Part shown: positions 1 through 14,201 of the stretch, in pieces
Numbering within the stretch: position 1 is the stretch's first letter
Layout: every line of letters begins with the position of its first letter
Source: Bugula neritina
Taxonomy: Eukaryota; Animalia; Bryozoa
DNA length: 64,000 nt
Assembly: GCA_964035545.1 (NCBI GenBank)
Contig: OZ037768.1
Span: forward strand, 18,769,700-18,833,699
Direction of reading: 5' to 3'
Position numbers and translations under genes: made by a program
The notes under the pieces: model-generated
The model's input: the letters and a program-made list of their open reading frames with translations, nothing else
Database searches by the model: none
Told to the model about the DNA's origin: nothing

Positions 1-1768
1 TAGGAAAATAATTTACAGTATTATATATTTTCACCTTAGAAAAAAATTAATATGTTTTATGTTTTATGCACACACGGAAATGCACATATAATTAGTGATT
101 ACTAAAGTAATAAAAATGAAATGTTTCTGCCCTTTAGATTACTTCACTATTTATCTATGCTTATACCATTAGATTTTTTGCTATTCACACTTGAATAGAT
201 GAGTAAATTTCCTCCTTAATTTGCCATTTGATGTCACTCAAGCTAGCTCAATTTTGATTATTATGCCAGTTTCCTAGTTTTAGCTCGTCACCAATTGATG
301 CATTGACTGATTTATAATAGCAAGTTGTGCTTAGATAGAAAATCTTAAAAGTAAACTTGACTAGTGTGAAATTTGGTCAGATGCCATAAGCATTACAAAA
401 TAGCTGTGTTCTTAATAGTCAGTAAAAGTTATTTTACAGTCATACATCGGAGGCATGCATGGGGAGGAATTATAATAGTTATTGAAAACTTATATCAGAC
501 TGGCTATAAGTTCAAATACTTGCAAAATTTTATAATTAAACTGAAACACAAGATGGCTTCCATATTCTAAAGTAATACTATTGGAACATCGTGCTGGCAT
601 CGACTATATCTGTGAATAAATGCAGTCTGTCTGCGCTGTATAATGTTCACCTTTATGTTTAAAGTGATGATAAAATGAAATATTATGTACTTCTAGTATT
701 GATGTTTATTGAAACTTCCATTAAGTATGGTAGAAATAATATTTCTGTATGCATGATCGTCGAGCAAAAACAGCCAGCAGAACAGGTATTTAAATAAGGG
801 ATTTACCACTTGCAAAGTATTAAGCTAGGGTGAGACAACTCCAACGCAGTAAATTCTGCAGTCTATTATAATATGCCAATGTCCAACATAGGCCTATATG
901 TATAGTGGGATGTGCTACTGTAAAATCCTTCCACTGTGTGCTTTGCAATTATTTATATTTATTAGTTTCTGTTATCATGCTGGAGATTGTATTAATGGTT
1001 ATAGCGTGGTAGTAGTGACATATGTTACACTCCATGTTTGTATGCAGCCAAATCATACTTTAACTTCTATTTTGATTTTTAGATTTAACCTTAGCTCTTT
1101 ATGTTATAGACTATGAGTTATATAATATTGTATACATCTATAGCCTAAGCTCCATGACTACCACATGTATCCGCACCCAAATAAATACCTGCTTTATTTA
1201 GAAACATTTTTTCAATTAGGCAAGACTTTGCCATTAATATACAAAGTTTGTATTCTCTCAGTCTAGTTGATGACAAACTTATTGCCGAAAAATTATCAAA
1301 TGATACAAACCGATACATTGTTCATGAACGCCATGTAGCTACTGCGTGTATTATAATATTTCAATTATAAATTTTTGTAGACTTTTGGGCTATTCCAGAT
1401 TATATCCCATACCTACTAAATACTCAACTGTATAAAATAAATAGCCGAATATATATTTTTTAATATATTTTATTTATAATAATGATGATGCAGAACATAT
1501 TATTATTTGTTTATATTAATAATATTATGATGACAACATACATAAAATGCACATCAGTCACTTGTGTAACTGAAAGTGACAGAAATAAAGAGAAATATTC
1601 AAAGAATATTGTTATGCACATGCACAAGCACACAAACACACACACTCTCGCACACATACACACGCACACGCACACACACGCACCACTAACACTTCAACAG
1701 GCTAACACACGCTCAAATTTGTCAAAGATAATATAATATATATAAGAGATGTAATTAAACCAGGTGCT

Positions 1769-3338
1769 TTACTCCTCTGGCTGTGAGATGCACACACAGC
1801 ATGTGAAAGCACGTTTTATGCGCCGCCATATTCTTTTTCTGCGGCTTATACGAACTCTAGGTTCTTGAAGCACTTCCTGTTCATTTTCATAGAAGTTGTC
1901 TTCTTCTTCTCCTGTATAACTGATGGATGTGCAGTCACTTAGCAAGCTGAGATCTGTAAAAATATAAGTGTAACATATTGTACACATGGTATATACAATA
2001 ATATTACATTACTATGATGCCTACTAAAAGATAGAGTATACTGTTATATGATGAGTCCTTGTAATATTAGAGTAGATTATCTTACTATATTTACTTATTT
2101 CTAATGCTGCTGGAAGCGCTCACTCCAATATGCTAGTAGATAAAACAGCATGGCAGAATATTAAACTGATTGAAGAGACCACAACTTACCTAGTTTCAAA
2201 TCTTCTAGATTGATTGGAGATGCATCACATGATGTAGAAGAGAAAAGCTGAGATGATGACGAACGAGGTGAAAAGGTCGTAGCAAATGAATCAGTAAAAG
2301 ATGTGCAGGAGGAAAATCTGGAGATATCAGTAGCAGATGAACTGGAGAAAAAAATGGATGAAGAGGTGGTGGATAATTCAGGTAGAGATGCCCATGAAGA
2401 AGATCTTGAGATGGTTGGTGATAAGTCGGATAAAGTTGTTAGAGAAGAGCTTCTGCTGGTGAGAGGAGGCAGGAGTTGAAGACGACTGAAATGTGGGCTA
2501 AAAGTGTTTGTTGACTCGGCAAAGTCTAAACTCTGGTCCTTCTTCTTAACCAGTTCTGATCTAAAATTGCAAAGATAGTGCATTGAAAGAATACTTTCAA
2601 ACATTGCAGTTACTATAGTATTGAAAGGTTATAAAGAATAATATAATATCTGTTACTAGACTTTATTGCTACATGTAGGGTAGTCTGGAATGGTATCTAG
2701 GATCTTCATTTCAAGAATACATATATGCATTAAAAATAATGTGTAAATGGAGTATGTGTTTTATGTATAATATATATAAACATACCCAATATTATATAAT
2801 ACAAACTCAACAGAATAGAATAAAGTATTCTTAAATATTGTATGTGTATAATTAAAATTACAGTTGCCCCTTGACCTGGAGTTGAGAGTTGCATAATGTA
2901 ATGCATGAAGAATGTTTCAATTTAAATTCCCTCACAAATATAATCTTTATAGTAATAGTTTCCATGGTATAAAACAGTAGCAAGTATTTCCACACAGTTA
3001 AATATAAATAATCATCAGTATTAGTTACTTATGTGGTTCACCTTCCAAGAAAAAGGAGATATATATATGAATACAACTTACATTAAACTTGCCAGAGCTC
3101 CGGATAACACCAAAGTTGACAACAAATGATGAGTAGGACTGTAGTCCAAATAGAAGGTAAATGTTAACACAATAACATTTACAAAATACAAATAGGTGGA
3201 TAGAAATCTCCGTATAGCTAGTAGCAGAGTAGTACAAAGAGACATTTTAATGTTGCTTGTTAGTAGCTCAGAAATGGAGTGCATTATTAATGACATTGAG
3301 TCAACTGTTTGATTGTTGAAGGTAAGGTTATTATCCAT
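1769..3338 (-). CDS. Uncharacterised Ser-rich protein, copy 1 (exons 3338-3082, 2560-2190, 1953-1769; about 270 aa)
   Basis: AT|gtaagt donor and ttttag|A acceptor (phase 2); G|gtaagt donor and tttacag|AT acceptor (phase 1). Continuous frame: hydrophobic N-terminus, S/T-rich middle, acidic patch, RRKRIWRRIKRAFTCCVCISQPEE-stop. The start codon and the extent of exon 1 are uncertain. Confidence 0.65.
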
Positions 3339-4601
3339 ATTTGGGCATTTTTCCCAAATTTGAATTTAGATAATAAATTATTACATTGTATAATTTTATA
3401 CAATAAAATTAATCAAATTTAATTAATAAAGTTTCAGTATATTTTAATAATAAAATATTGAACATTGTGCCTTACAGCATAAATGTTATATTTTTATTAT
3501 TAAAACTTAATCACCTACTTTTTATAATTTAGTAGATAATTGGTATAAAATTAAATGAAGGAAAATTATTCAACACAGTCTAAGATTAATAATAAAATAT
3601 TTAATCCAATTAAATGTTTTTAAAGACAATCTATCTACACTGCAGCCCCCTTGAAAGTAGAGTAGTGTATTTGCATGGGAGATAAATTGAAACTATACTC
3701 TCACATAAACTCTATCTCTTCACACACAATCTTCTCCAACACATTGGTTGCCAATATCTCCAGATTATCACCCTGCGCATCTGTTTCTGGCTCATCTACT
3801 TACACCCAAGTTTTCCTTCTGTACAAAAGGCTATATATGATGTCATAACTCCTAGTAATCCAATCACATCAGTTATCTCTCTCAGGGGGGGACAACATAT
3901 CCCTGAATTATTTATTTAAGGATTTTATATTGCATTATATTTGTTACAATACAAAATTAAATAAGTTGCTGCAAAGGGATACTTACTTCACTATCTGTGG
4001 GTTTATGTTAAGCAGCTGTGAGTTTGCAAGTGCCTTGAGTTTCTTAAGCTTGATTGTGGTTTAATTAAGATAATGCTGTAGAAACTCTGCTGTTTAAATG
4101 TAAAATGACTATTTATGTCCTTCTAGAGTAATTGAATTTTAAAATATACAGAGCTATTGTAGTTACCTAAACTCTATAGAGAATATAAATCAATACTTGA
4201 ATTATGAAAATATTATTATAAAGGTGGAATATATTTATTTCTTGTTCCTTTCAAAATGTTTATGATTTCCATTTAAATATAATGCTTGTGATACAACCAA
4301 TAATTCTAATAATATAATATAATGGTAATATTAGATATAGGCCTATACAAAATGCCGTTGTTGCCTTGCATTGTAGGCAAGCGCTTTCTTTAGTTTTGCT
4401 TATTTTTAAAATTTTCCCAATTTTACATATCATAAAAAGAATTTGAAAAATAATTATGCCCTTGGACTTTAGTTTTAACAGCATTTTTATATAATTTTTT
4501 GATAATTTAAAAATATGTATAAAGCTTTTCAAAGGCGAGGCTTGTGGCACTTCCACACAAATTCACTCAAGTTTAGTACTGCAGCTATTGAACTGTATGG
4601 T

Positions 4602-4768
4602 AGAATAGTTCTACAAGCAGCTCCTAGTTGGGGGTGACTGAGTGGGATATTTTTGGGTTTCAAGTTTGGAGTTTAAATTGAAACTTAGAACCCCTAACTC
4701 CAAACGCGAGAACCACCAACTATTGCTCTTGGTCACCCCTAACTCGGGGCTCCTTATAGAGCCATTCT
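4602..4768. mobile_element. MITE (about 37-bp imperfect TIRs); duplicated at about 53097-53263
   Basis: AGAATAGTTCTACAAGCAGCTCCTAGTTGGGGGTGAC versus the reverse complement of the right end, AGAATGGCTCTATAAGGAGCCCCGAGTTAGGGGTGAC. Confidence 0.65.
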
Positions 4769-5723
4769 GTATAGCACGAGTTGATATTTCCCTCTAACAA
4801 AAGTCTTTTATAGTACTATTAGCTTTAAGGAAAAAGTGTTATTATGAAATACACAATTTAAAAGCATGACATGTTTTATGTTTTCTTGTCATTATTTTAG
4901 CTTCATAATTTACTTTTACCAATTCTTATCATCTTGCTAATTATTATTTGCTTTTACATGTTTGCATATTTTACTTGCTAGCTATCTACTAAATATTTCT
5001 CCAAGAATTCTGTAAATAGTTTATACTCGTACAAATTACTCACAGTTATTTCTTGAATAAATGCAAAGAGTTGTGTTCTAGCTTCTCATACATGCATAAA
5101 CCCACACATAGTAGTTGTTGACATAAAACTACAACAACATGTCATATAGCTAGACAATAATCACGTGAACACAAGTGTTGTGCGCAGCAGCATAGCCATG
5201 TATAGCCTGGTGTACGGACTGTACTGACAGTGCACTTCTTCAAATAATAGCTATAGGGTAAATCAATTTATTTAATATCAAAGAATTTTTTTTCATTACA
5301 TAACCTAAGTAAATAAATGAGTTAGGGATAACAATTGTTATTTAATCAGAGTAAGCCTTTAATTTTTTCACTTTGCTAATATGAGCAAGCTAATACAGTA
5401 GATGCTAATTTATGCTTATATTGAATATATAAACATTTCAAGACTGAATAAAATAACGTAAAAATATAAAACAACATTTTTTGTCTCAGAATTATTTGTT
5501 TTGATTAGTAATTTGAAGATAGTACTAGCATAAAGAAAACAGTATGATGCAATATTAAAACAATATGTGTATATCTAATATAAATGACAATGTTTTGTAT
5601 AAATTCTGGGTTCTGCTGATAATACAGATTTTGGTTTCGGTTTAACAGATCATAGCTCTGGTAGCATTACTGCCTCTGTATTTCTTGCTTTTTTTCTCTT
5701 GCAGTAGGGAGAGAGAGCTAAAT

Positions 5724-5895
5724 CTACTCTACTTTGGTTGTATATCTGGTCCAGATGTAAGTCCATGTCCTGGAAACATGCTTGACTTTGATTTCTTCTG
5801 GAATAGTGGGCAGAGCATTGAGCAAGTCATATATTCTTGTCTGATCCTCATCATTAGTCCTGTACGCTATGAACTCAACCAACGCATCATGCAAC
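5724..5895 (-). pseudogene. Orphan duplicate of the RNF213-like terminal exon
   Basis: Reverse complement of 51970-52141 (172 nt, apparently identical; ORFs 5685-5903 and 51962-52180 translate identically). The acceptor is kept, but homology stops about 44 nt into the intron at 5939, so no upstream exons are attached. Confidence 0.88.
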
Positions 5896-5936
5896 CTGAA
5901 TAAGAATAAATACTCACCAGAATAGCTACCGTGTGT

Positions 5937-8575
5937 AGAATTATTTTTAAGTTATAATACATTGGGACAAATGAATTTGCTGAACTTAGTCAATGACTAT
6001 CTTTGAAACGTTGGCATATTTATTCATTTTATTTTTGTAAATAGTTTATTCTTTTGATAAAAAGATAAGTTAAGACTCTGAATTATATAAAGTTGAAAAA
6101 AGACTTACGCACAGATATATATGCTTTCTCACTATATATACACTTCTTAATAACATTAGATGCATGAAGAGCTGCAACTGCATGATATTTAGTTGCAAAG
6201 ATACTTCTAATATAAATAGCAGCATCTGAACCTAACAAAATTGTGCAAATGAATTTGATGGAAATGTTTTATATTTACAGGAAAGCAGAAACTGTACAAA
6301 AGCAATTTAACAGCAATAATTTTTTGAAGGCAAATTGATGAAAATAACTGTATGTATAATGGTTTAGAGGGTTAAATTGAAAAAAATTAGCTACAATACA
6401 CTGAAACATGCAATAAGTAAAGCTATAAAATTGCTATTTAATAGATTTCCAACATTGGTCAAGAGAATTAAAATTGAAGCATGTTTCAAAGTCATATTGC
6501 TTATTTGCAACATTGAAATAAGAATTTGAATGAATTGAAAATTGCTAAAACATCTAAAGTGTAAAAATAGCATTAGGCATAAAAAAAGTAGAATTTTCTT
6601 CTTGAATTCTGAGACATCACAACTTACGAGTCTCAAATGCATCTATAGAAAAATTTGTATATAATATTATTCATAGCAAAAGGCCACTTAATTCATATCT
6701 ATTCCACTGTATATTTATACATATGCATGCTGAAATGTATACAATTCTTCATAAATCAACATGAACAGCCTAATGCATGAAATAAACAAAAAGAAATGTT
6801 TTTAAAAATTGTCATGTTACTGATAAAAAGCAAAATATAATAATTTCTGTTATTTTGGAGTAAAAATGTATGTTTTATAATAACCGAACCATCAAATAAA
6901 TAAACATTCAGTTTCATTTTGCAATATACACATGTGGATAATTGAGAGTCTAACATAGGCAGTCCTTACAGCTTTTATGAAAGATATAAATATTAGCCAA
7001 TCACAATGCTATCTCTAAAAAATTGGGTATAAAAGAAACAAAAATGTATCACAAACTTAGAGTTCAGAAGTTGTAAACTGATGATTGTTGTTCAAGCAGA
7101 CATTCAAATCATTATCTGAACATGAATATTAGAACATGTGTTCTGGTCTGTGTAGTCTTGGCAGTGTGTTGCTGCCTGTACTGGTGTGGGCTGGGCAGCA
7201 TATGAAAGTAAAAATTTTATTATAAGAATATTATCTATTATACTTAAATAACTTACTGCAATTCTACATTATCGATTACCAATATGTCCAATGGTTTATT
7301 TGTACAAGAGACTATATATAGCAAATATTTTTAAGTCAGAACTTTTGTATTCTTATTAGTTTGAGTGAATTGTTTGTCCCTAGAGGGCAACTCACCCAGG
7401 TAGTGTGAAACATGTAAAATTAAATGGTGCAAACCTTAGAGATGTTCTTATTTACATAAAATTCTTAGTCGTAAAAATTCATTGGTTAAGTTTAAACTTT
7501 TACTGATCATATGGTATGTAATGAAGCATTGTCTTAAAAGGCACCACAATCTGGTCTACTGCAGTCAGCAAGATTTTTTCAATTATTCACATTACTTAAA
7601 ATGCTTACCAAATTACAAGTTGCAATAAATGGTTATAATGCCTACTGATTGTTTATTACATAATATAAGTTCAGAAGTTATAAGAAGACCGATAGTTATA
7701 TATAATACTGCTTATATATAGAGTGAAATGGTCAATTTTATTTTATTTAAAATGTAGTACCTATACGCATCAGCAAAGTATAGCCAAAACTTAAGGTTTG
7801 CTCAAAGTTTATTAAAATGTATTGTATATGGGGTAATTCTATGTGCCAGTTCTAACTAAGCATAGAAAAAATAGGCTGGGAGAGCATTTAAAATCTTCAA
7901 CAATAAAGCGTAACGTCATGTCATATAAGCTAAATAAATATGTCTGGACCGTGATGAAAAGACCATTACAGTCTACACATACTAATTCACTAAACAATTA
8001 GGGAAAAATGTAGAAGATCAATCAAAATTAGACAAAGCCTGATTATCCAACTATACTTGTTAATACTTTGTTGGTTTGGCGCAAGAAACCATACACATTA
8101 TAGCAGCTTATTTGTAAAAAATAGCTAAAATTAAAGGTATATAGTATGCACTAAATTAAGTAAAATTGTATGAACAAATAGAAGATTTGAAATTCTTCAG
8201 TTTAACTGCATCTGGTGATACATTTTGTATTAAACTTATATTATATATTTTTCCTACACAGAAATAGAATCAGTATGTCTTCCTAATGAGAAAATATTTC
8301 TGCAGATTGGATGTCATCTGCTGATCAATACATATGGATTGGTGGTAGAAAATTTCATGGCCTGTGGCAATGGGATGGTAATGTTAGAAAGGATACAGTG
8401 GTTGCTGATTGGTATGATAACAAACCTGAAAACCATGGAGGGAATCAATATTGTCTTTATGTGATTCCTAAACAGTATAGGCTGGAATGGGATGATGGGG
8501 CTTGTTCATATGTTAAACATTATTTTTGTGAGAAGTTTTTAAGATAAGTTGTAATAATCTGTTTTTACGATTATT
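5937..8575. repeat. Inverted paralogue of the lectin region at the right end of the window
   Basis: 5937-6527 matches the reverse complement of 62191-62787 closely; about 6230-8575 matches about 57995-60440 more divergently. Confidence 0.88.
7122..8547 (+). pseudogene. C-type lectin pseudogene, paralogue of 58016-59293
   Basis: Exon 1 lacks one TG unit (gcagtgtgttgc versus gcagtgtgtgttgc), causing a frameshift and early TGA. Only about 17 nt of exon 2 remain (gagggcaactcacccag, about 7383-7399). Exon 3 (8306-8547) is still open (WIGG, KPEN, WDD). Confidence 0.85.
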
Positions 8576-8623
8576 GGCTGTATCACAGACATATATTTAA
8601 ATGGAAGTCATAAACATTTGGAA

Positions 8624-11600
8624 ACGAATAAGAAATCAATATAGGTTATTCCATCTTTATAATAATATTTTCACAATTTGAATATTGATTTATGTTCTCT
8701 ATAGAGTTTAAGTAACTACAATAGTTTTGTATATTTTAAAATTTAATTACTCTTCAATAGTCACTTTGTATTTAAGCAGTAAAGTTTCTACAGCATTATA
8801 ATTAAACCACAATCAAGCTTAAGAAAATCAAGGCACTTGCAAACTCACAGCTGCTTAACATAAACACACAGATAGTGGAGTAAGTGTCTCTTTGCAACAA
8901 CTTATTTAATTTTGTATTATAACAAATATAATACAATATAAAATCCTTGAATAAATAATTCAGGGATATGTTGTCCCCCCTCAGAGGGATAACTGATGTG
9001 GTTGGATTGCTAGGAGTTATGACATCATAGCCTTTTGCACAGAAGGAAAACTTGGGTGTTAGTAGATGAGCCAGAAACAGATGTGCAGGGCGATGAACTG
9101 GAGATATTGACAACCAATATGTTGAAGAAGAACATGTGTAAAGAGATGGAGTTTATGTGAGAATATATAGTTTCAATTTATCTCCCATGCAAATACACTT
9201 CTCTACTTTCAAGGCGGCTGTAGTGTAGATAGATTGTTTTTAAAAACATCTGATTGGATTGGGCAATTTATCATCAATCTTGGAGTAGGTTGAATAATTC
9301 TTCTACATTTACTTTTATACCAATCATCTACTAAATTATAAAAAGTAGGTGATTAAGTTTTAATAATACAAATATAACATTTATGCTGCAAGGTACAATG
9401 TTCAATATTTTATTACTAAAATATACAGTCCTCCTAACTGAAACTTTAATAATTAAATTTCATTAATTTTATTGTATAAAATTATACAATGTAATTTTAT
9501 TATCTAAATTCAAATTTGGAAAAAATGCCCAAATACAGATAATAACCTTGCCTTCAACAATCAAACAGTTGACGCAATGTCATTAATAATGCACTCCATT
9601 TCTGAACTACTAACAAGCAACATTAAAATGTCTCTTTGTACTACTCTGCTATTAGCTATACGGAGATTTCTATCCACCTATTTATATTTTGTAAATGTTA
9701 TTGTGTTAACATTTACCTTCTATTTAGACTACAGTCCTTCTCATCATTTGTTGTCAACTTTGGTGCTATCTGGAGCTCTGGCAAGTTTAATGTAAGTAAA
9801 TATCTCTTTTTTCTTGGAAGGTAAACCACATAAATAATTAATACTGATGAGTATTTATATTTAACTGTGTGGAAATACTTGCTAATGTTTTATACCATGG
9901 AAACTATTACTACAAAGATTATATTTGTGAGGGAATTTAAATTGAAACATTCTTCATGCATTACATTATGCAACTCTCAACTCCAGGTCAAGGGGCAACT
10001 GTAATTTTAATTATACACATAAAATATTTAAGAATACTTTATTCCATTCTGTTGAGTTTGTATTATATAATATTGGGTATGTTTATATATAATATACATA
10101 AAACACATACTCCATTTACACGACATTATTTTTAATGCATATATGTATTCTTGAAATGAAGATCCCAAATACCATTCCAGACTACCCTGCATGTAGGAAT
10201 GAAGTCTAGTAACAAATATTTTATTATTCTTTCAAGCCTTTCAATGTTATACTGACTGCAATATTTGAAATTAATCTTTCAATACACTATCTTTGCAATA
10301 TTAGATCAGAACTGGTCAAGAAGAAGGACCAGAGTTTAGACATTGCCAAGTCAACAAACAACTTTAGCCCACATTTCAGTGGTCCCCAACTCCCGCCTGT
10401 TCTCACCAGCAGAAGCTCTTCTCTAACAAATTTATCTGACTTATCACCAACCATCTCAAGATCTTCTTCATGGGCATCTCTACCTGAATTATCCACCACT
10501 TCTTCATCCATTTTCTTCTCCAGCTCATCTGCTGCTGATATCTCCAGATTCTCCTCCTGCACATCTTTTACTGATTCATTTGCTACGACCTTTTCACCTC
10601 GTTCATCAGCATCTCAGCTGTTCTCTTCCACATCCTGTGATGCATCTCCAATCAATCTAGAAGATTTGAAACTTGGTAAGTCGTAGTCTCTTTAATCAGC
10701 ATGAAATGCTGTTTTATCTACTAGCATATTGGAGTGAGCACTTTAATTTAGCAGTTTTATAGTCATTAGTAAAAATAGTAAGATAATCTACTCTAGTATT
10801 ACAAGGACTCATCATATAACAGTATATATAACTCTAATTCTTTTAGTATAGATGTCATAGTAATGTAATATTACTGTATATACCATGTGTACAATATGTT
10901 ACACTATTATTACAGATCCCAGCCCACTAAGTGACTGCACATCCACCAGTTATGCAGGAGAAAAAGAAGACAACTTCTATGAAAATGAAAAGGAAGTGCT
11001 TCAAGAACCTAGAGTTTGCATAAGCCGCAGAAAAAGAATATGGCGGCGCATAAAACGTGCTTTCACATGCTGTGTGTGCATCTCACAGCCAGAGGAGTAA
11101 AGCATTTGATTTAATTACATCTCTTATATATATTATATTATCTTTGACAATTTTGAGTGTGTGTTGGCCTGTTGAAGTGTTAATGGTGCGTGCGTGTGTG
11201 TGTGTGAGCGTGCATGTGTGTGTGTGTTTGTGTGATTGTGCTTGTGAATAACAATATTTTTTGAATATTTCCCTTTATTTCTGTCACTTTCAGTTACACA
11301 GGTGACTGATGTGCATTTTATGTATGTTGTCATCATATTATTAATAATATAAAATAATAATATGTTCTGCATCATCATTATTATAAATAAAATATATTAT
11401 AAAAAATATATTCGGCTATTCATTTTATACAGTTGAGTATTTAGTAGGTATGTGATGTAATCTGGTATAGCCCAAAAGTATACAGAAACTTATAATTGAA
11501 ATATTATAATACATGCAGTAGCTACATGATGGTTCATATAAACAATGTATTAGTTTGCATCATTTGAGACTTTCTCTGCAATAACTTTGCCTTTAACTAG

Positions 11601-11673
11601 ACTGAGAGAATACAAACTTTATTTATCATTGGCAGAGTCTCCCCTACTTGAGAGAATGTTTCTAAATAAAGCA
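8624..11673. repeat. Local inverted duplicate of about 1190-4250 (Ser-rich gene unit)
   Basis: Reverse-complement colinearity, e.g. gagttgagagttgcataatgtaatgc near 2879 versus gcattacattatgcaactctcaactc near 9958; the paired ORFs are visible in the ORF track. Confidence 0.93.
9577..11100 (+). CDS. Uncharacterised Ser-rich protein, copy 2 (exons 9577-9791, 10305-10675, 10916-11100)
   Basis: Same splice sites and the same exon lengths (371 and 185 nt) as copies 1 and 3, with no stop codons. The first ATG of the other copies is mutated here (ACA), so the frame starts at MSLIMH. Confidence 0.62.
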
Positions 11674-12011
11674 TGCTATGACTATCTCCACGATGCAGTG
11701 TAATAAGTGTGGACGTGGTAGTTGGTAGATCATGAAGTGGTTTGATAAAATATCATCACATACACTTCATGTATACAACGTAATACTAAATAAGTGAAAG
11801 CTGTGCTGTTTTGTTGATGCAGTTCTATATAATTAACTGATGAAACCCTTTTTACAGTTAGTTTACCATAAATTTTTATCTCTTGACTTTTAGCAACAAT
11901 AAAAACCAACTAGTTTAAGTAACACTTTTAATAGATTACATATAAACCATTTCTTTACTGAAATTTGATATCTTGGGCTTTTTTTAAAAAAAAATATATA
12001 TATAGGCCTAT

Positions 12012-12716
12012 TAGTCTAGAAGTAACCTCCCAAAAAGTGCTCAAAAAATTGGCTTATTACACTTTACTAGGTGGCCACTCAAAAAAAGTTGTTTCTAGAT
12101 CAAAATTTTGTGCTGATTCTGAATCTACAAACTCTAGAATTCTATCTCTACCCAAACTCAAGATATTGCAAAAAACAAATCGGCATTTGTGAATTGTGCA
12201 AAATAGTATCCAATTTTATCAAGCTATCTTGAAGAAAAAATATTTGTTGAAATACCAAAAATAATTGCCTCTTACTTAGAATTCTATGCTGATACTGAAT
12301 TTAAAGACTGCAAGAGGCTATCTCAAATTATAACCAAGTTGTTTATATAAACATATATAGTCTAGAAGTAACCTCCCAAAAAGTGGTCAAAAAATTGGCT
12401 TATTACACTTTACTAAATGGCCATTCAAAAAAAGTTGTTTTTAGATTAGAATTTTGTGCTGAATCTGAATCTACAAACTCCAGAACTCCCAAACTCAAGT
12501 TATTGCAAAAAAACAAATCGACATTTTAGATGGGTGATAAAAAGAAATGTGGATTGTGCAAAATAGTATCCAATTTTATCAAGCTATCTTGAAGAAAAAA
12601 TATTTGCTGAAATACCAAAAATAATTGCCTCTTACTTAGAATTCTATGCTGATATTAAATTTAAAGACTGCAAGGCGCTATATCAAATTAAAACCAATTT
12701 GTTTATATAAACATAT
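12012..12716. repeat. Tandem duplication (about 346-bp unit) of the left Academ terminus
   Basis: 12012-12357 is repeated from 12358, including a second TIR copy at 12358-12376. Confidence 0.85.
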
Positions 12717-13776
12717 GTGTTTGTTATGAATCGACATATATTGCATGAGGCATAAGCATGCAGAATAATCATGTATGACCAGGCTATTTATACAAAAATA
12801 AAAACAAAGTCATGCTGATGTGTGAAAAAACTATATTTATAAAATTATAGTACAAAATAAATGTTGAAATGAATAAATATTGAAATCTTTTGAGCTCAGC
12901 CCAAGTGAACAATTTGCTATATAATCTGTGGGTAGCCGTTAAACGTCTGCAAAAATCAACAAGATTTTGTAAAATTATTTAGAAGAACAGAAGCATGAGA
13001 GATTATCAAAATCAAATTGGTTGCAGCAAAATATATAACAAATGTCTAAAAATAGTGCTTTATTATGAAAAAGTATTCTCGTCACCATTGTCACTGCCGT
13101 CAGTCTCATCAGCTTCTTCCCCAATATAGAGCTTCTTTTCAGACAATCCTTACATTGACAAACATCAGTGCATGCACTGCATTTGAGACTTCTGACATCC
13201 ACATCTTGATATGTTCAGCTGGTCTTACAGGAGCAGTTTAAACTTTGCAATATACATGTTCAGGTACGGAAGCTCAAATAATCCACTTTATATTTATGTT
13301 GCCATGATTCTTAACAATCTTTTCATAATGTTCTGGGGGTAGTGCATCAATATAGGCTGTTGTCACTCTTCTCCAAATGGCTGCCTGATAATTTGCTCTT
13401 TTTACATGCAAATTTAATTCATCTTTTGTTGGAGGCAAACTCTATTAAGTTATTTTAGACGGTGAACGAAATACAGTGTATCAGACATTATCTATATATG
13501 GATTTCCTGCTCCATAAAGCTTATAGACAAATTGTTCTACTTCAGCCGCTGTAATGGCTTACAGCTTAAAACACTTCCCATGCAAGGTGTTCAAAGTTTC
13601 CCATACATTATGGAAATTTTCTCAAAAAAGAGTAGGCTGTGCGCTATCCTTTTCCATAAAAAGCACTATAGTCGAATAAAAACCTGTTAAAGCATGAACT
13701 CTACCAAGTGCTGCACACAACTGCGGTTTGGATTTATTTGCTGCAATGTTGACATCCAAATATCTAATATGATTAT

Positions 13777-14201
13777 GGTTTCCTCCCAGCGAGACGCGGT
13801 TTTTATTTTGTTACCATATATATTAATATTACCTATATAACTGATGAATTGATTGCTAATATGCTAATAGCTATATGTAGCTAATACATAATATATACTA
13901 ATACTAATACTAATATAGTAATACATTAATGATAGACACTATCTTTAATGGATACTTATTAGCAAAATATATTTTTAAACAACAGACAAGATGTATAAAA
14001 TAATATACAAAATTAATAAGTTAATGCAAATCAAAGGAATTTATTTACGTGCTAAATAACAAGCAATTGATCCAAGTTTATTTAAATATACATATATTTC
14101 GATAATATTAAAATAAGTTGCACATGAAAATACATTTTACCAAAATAAATAACTAGCGTCTAAGTAGGAAATTTAGTCTAGCCTCTATTTGGCATGACAC
14201 C
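13777..14201. mobile_element. Small non-autonomous TIR element nested in the Academ ORF
   Basis: Ends GGTTTCCTCCCA / TGGCATGACACC (9 of 12 inverted match); flanks ATGATTAT / ATGATTAC (8-bp TSD, 1 mismatch). It interrupts the FFTG..NHIRYLD segment of the Academ protein. Confidence 0.55.

Larger units (their letters stand above)
1..5939. repeat. Left arm of a large inverted segmental duplication (partner 51926-57200)
   Basis: Position 1 pairs with about 57200 and 5939 with about 51926. Near-identical by eye over about 4390-5939; the right arm lacks about 3855-4385 and about 1068-1226. The arm may continue beyond the window start. Confidence 0.95.

Noticed and set aside
5685-5903. Identical 72-aa ORFs at 5685-5903 (+) and 51962-52180 (-) as a conserved small protein
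   Set aside because: They are the antisense frame of the RNF213-like terminal exon; the identity reflects recent duplication.
10287-10562. Acidic 91-aa minus-strand ORF (MQEENLEIS..)
   Set aside because: It is the antisense shadow of the Ser-rich exon; the splice signals support the opposite strand.
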